Shown here: piece by piece, positions 44,619 through 44,619 of the stretch
Layout of the letters: every line of letters begins with the position of its first letter
Numbering within the stretch: the first letter of the stretch is position 1
Source: a virus
Lineage: Duplodnaviria > Caudoviricetes
Length of the DNA stretch: 44,619 bases
Virus record (IMG/VR): IMGVR_UViG_3300020045_009036
Span: 1 to 44,619 of that record
Strand: one strand, 5' to 3'
Position numbers and translations under genes: made by a program
The notes under the pieces: model-generated
Databases searched by the model: none
Told to the model about the DNA's origin: nothing
The model's input: only the letters and a program-made list of their open reading frames with translations

Positions 44619-44619
44619 A

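Larger units (their letters stand above)
2315..44619. mobile_element. temperate siphovirus-like phage genome, near complete, attP (unintegrated) configuration
   Basis: Repressor/cro, integrase, tail, lysis, head, terminase and primase modules; phage genes on both sides of int/att; no host genes. Confidence 0.93.

Noticed and set aside
1-44619. tRNA, rRNA, IS elements, ParA ATPase
   Set aside because: No cloverleaf, rRNA-like sequence, transposase or deviant Walker A ParA motif was recognised by eye; tRNAscan and HMM searches would be needed to exclude them fully.

Overview
Most of the window (about 2,315-44,619) is a near-complete, apparently non-integrated temperate siphovirus-like phage genome. 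A gammaproteobacterial host is inferred. It carries a cI/cro switch with operators, an O/P-like replication module and a DusA-associated tyrosine integrase next to an intact attP that carries a replacement dusA 5' end. It also has two c4-antisense-RNA/antirepressor cassettes, a long minus-strand tail-lysis-head-terminase region, and a Toprim/SF3 primase-helicase. The primase is cut by the window end, frameshifted at an A10 run, and followed by a mirror-symmetric iteron origin. The first ~2.3 kb is a different, very AT-rich block of small minus-strand ORFs with GGTGG-type ribosome sites. It looks like archaeal-virus DNA and is probably a chimeric join. The most striking unexplained signal is a 16-bp quasi-palindrome, TGAACCAATTGGTGCA, present as four exact copies inside four unrelated genes. 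It is always read as EPIGA, and one copy lies just after the recognition helix of an orphan HTH/coiled-coil protein. This suggests a parS-like system whose binding site is encoded in the binder's own gene. All family assignments are by eye from motifs and synteny; no database searches were run.
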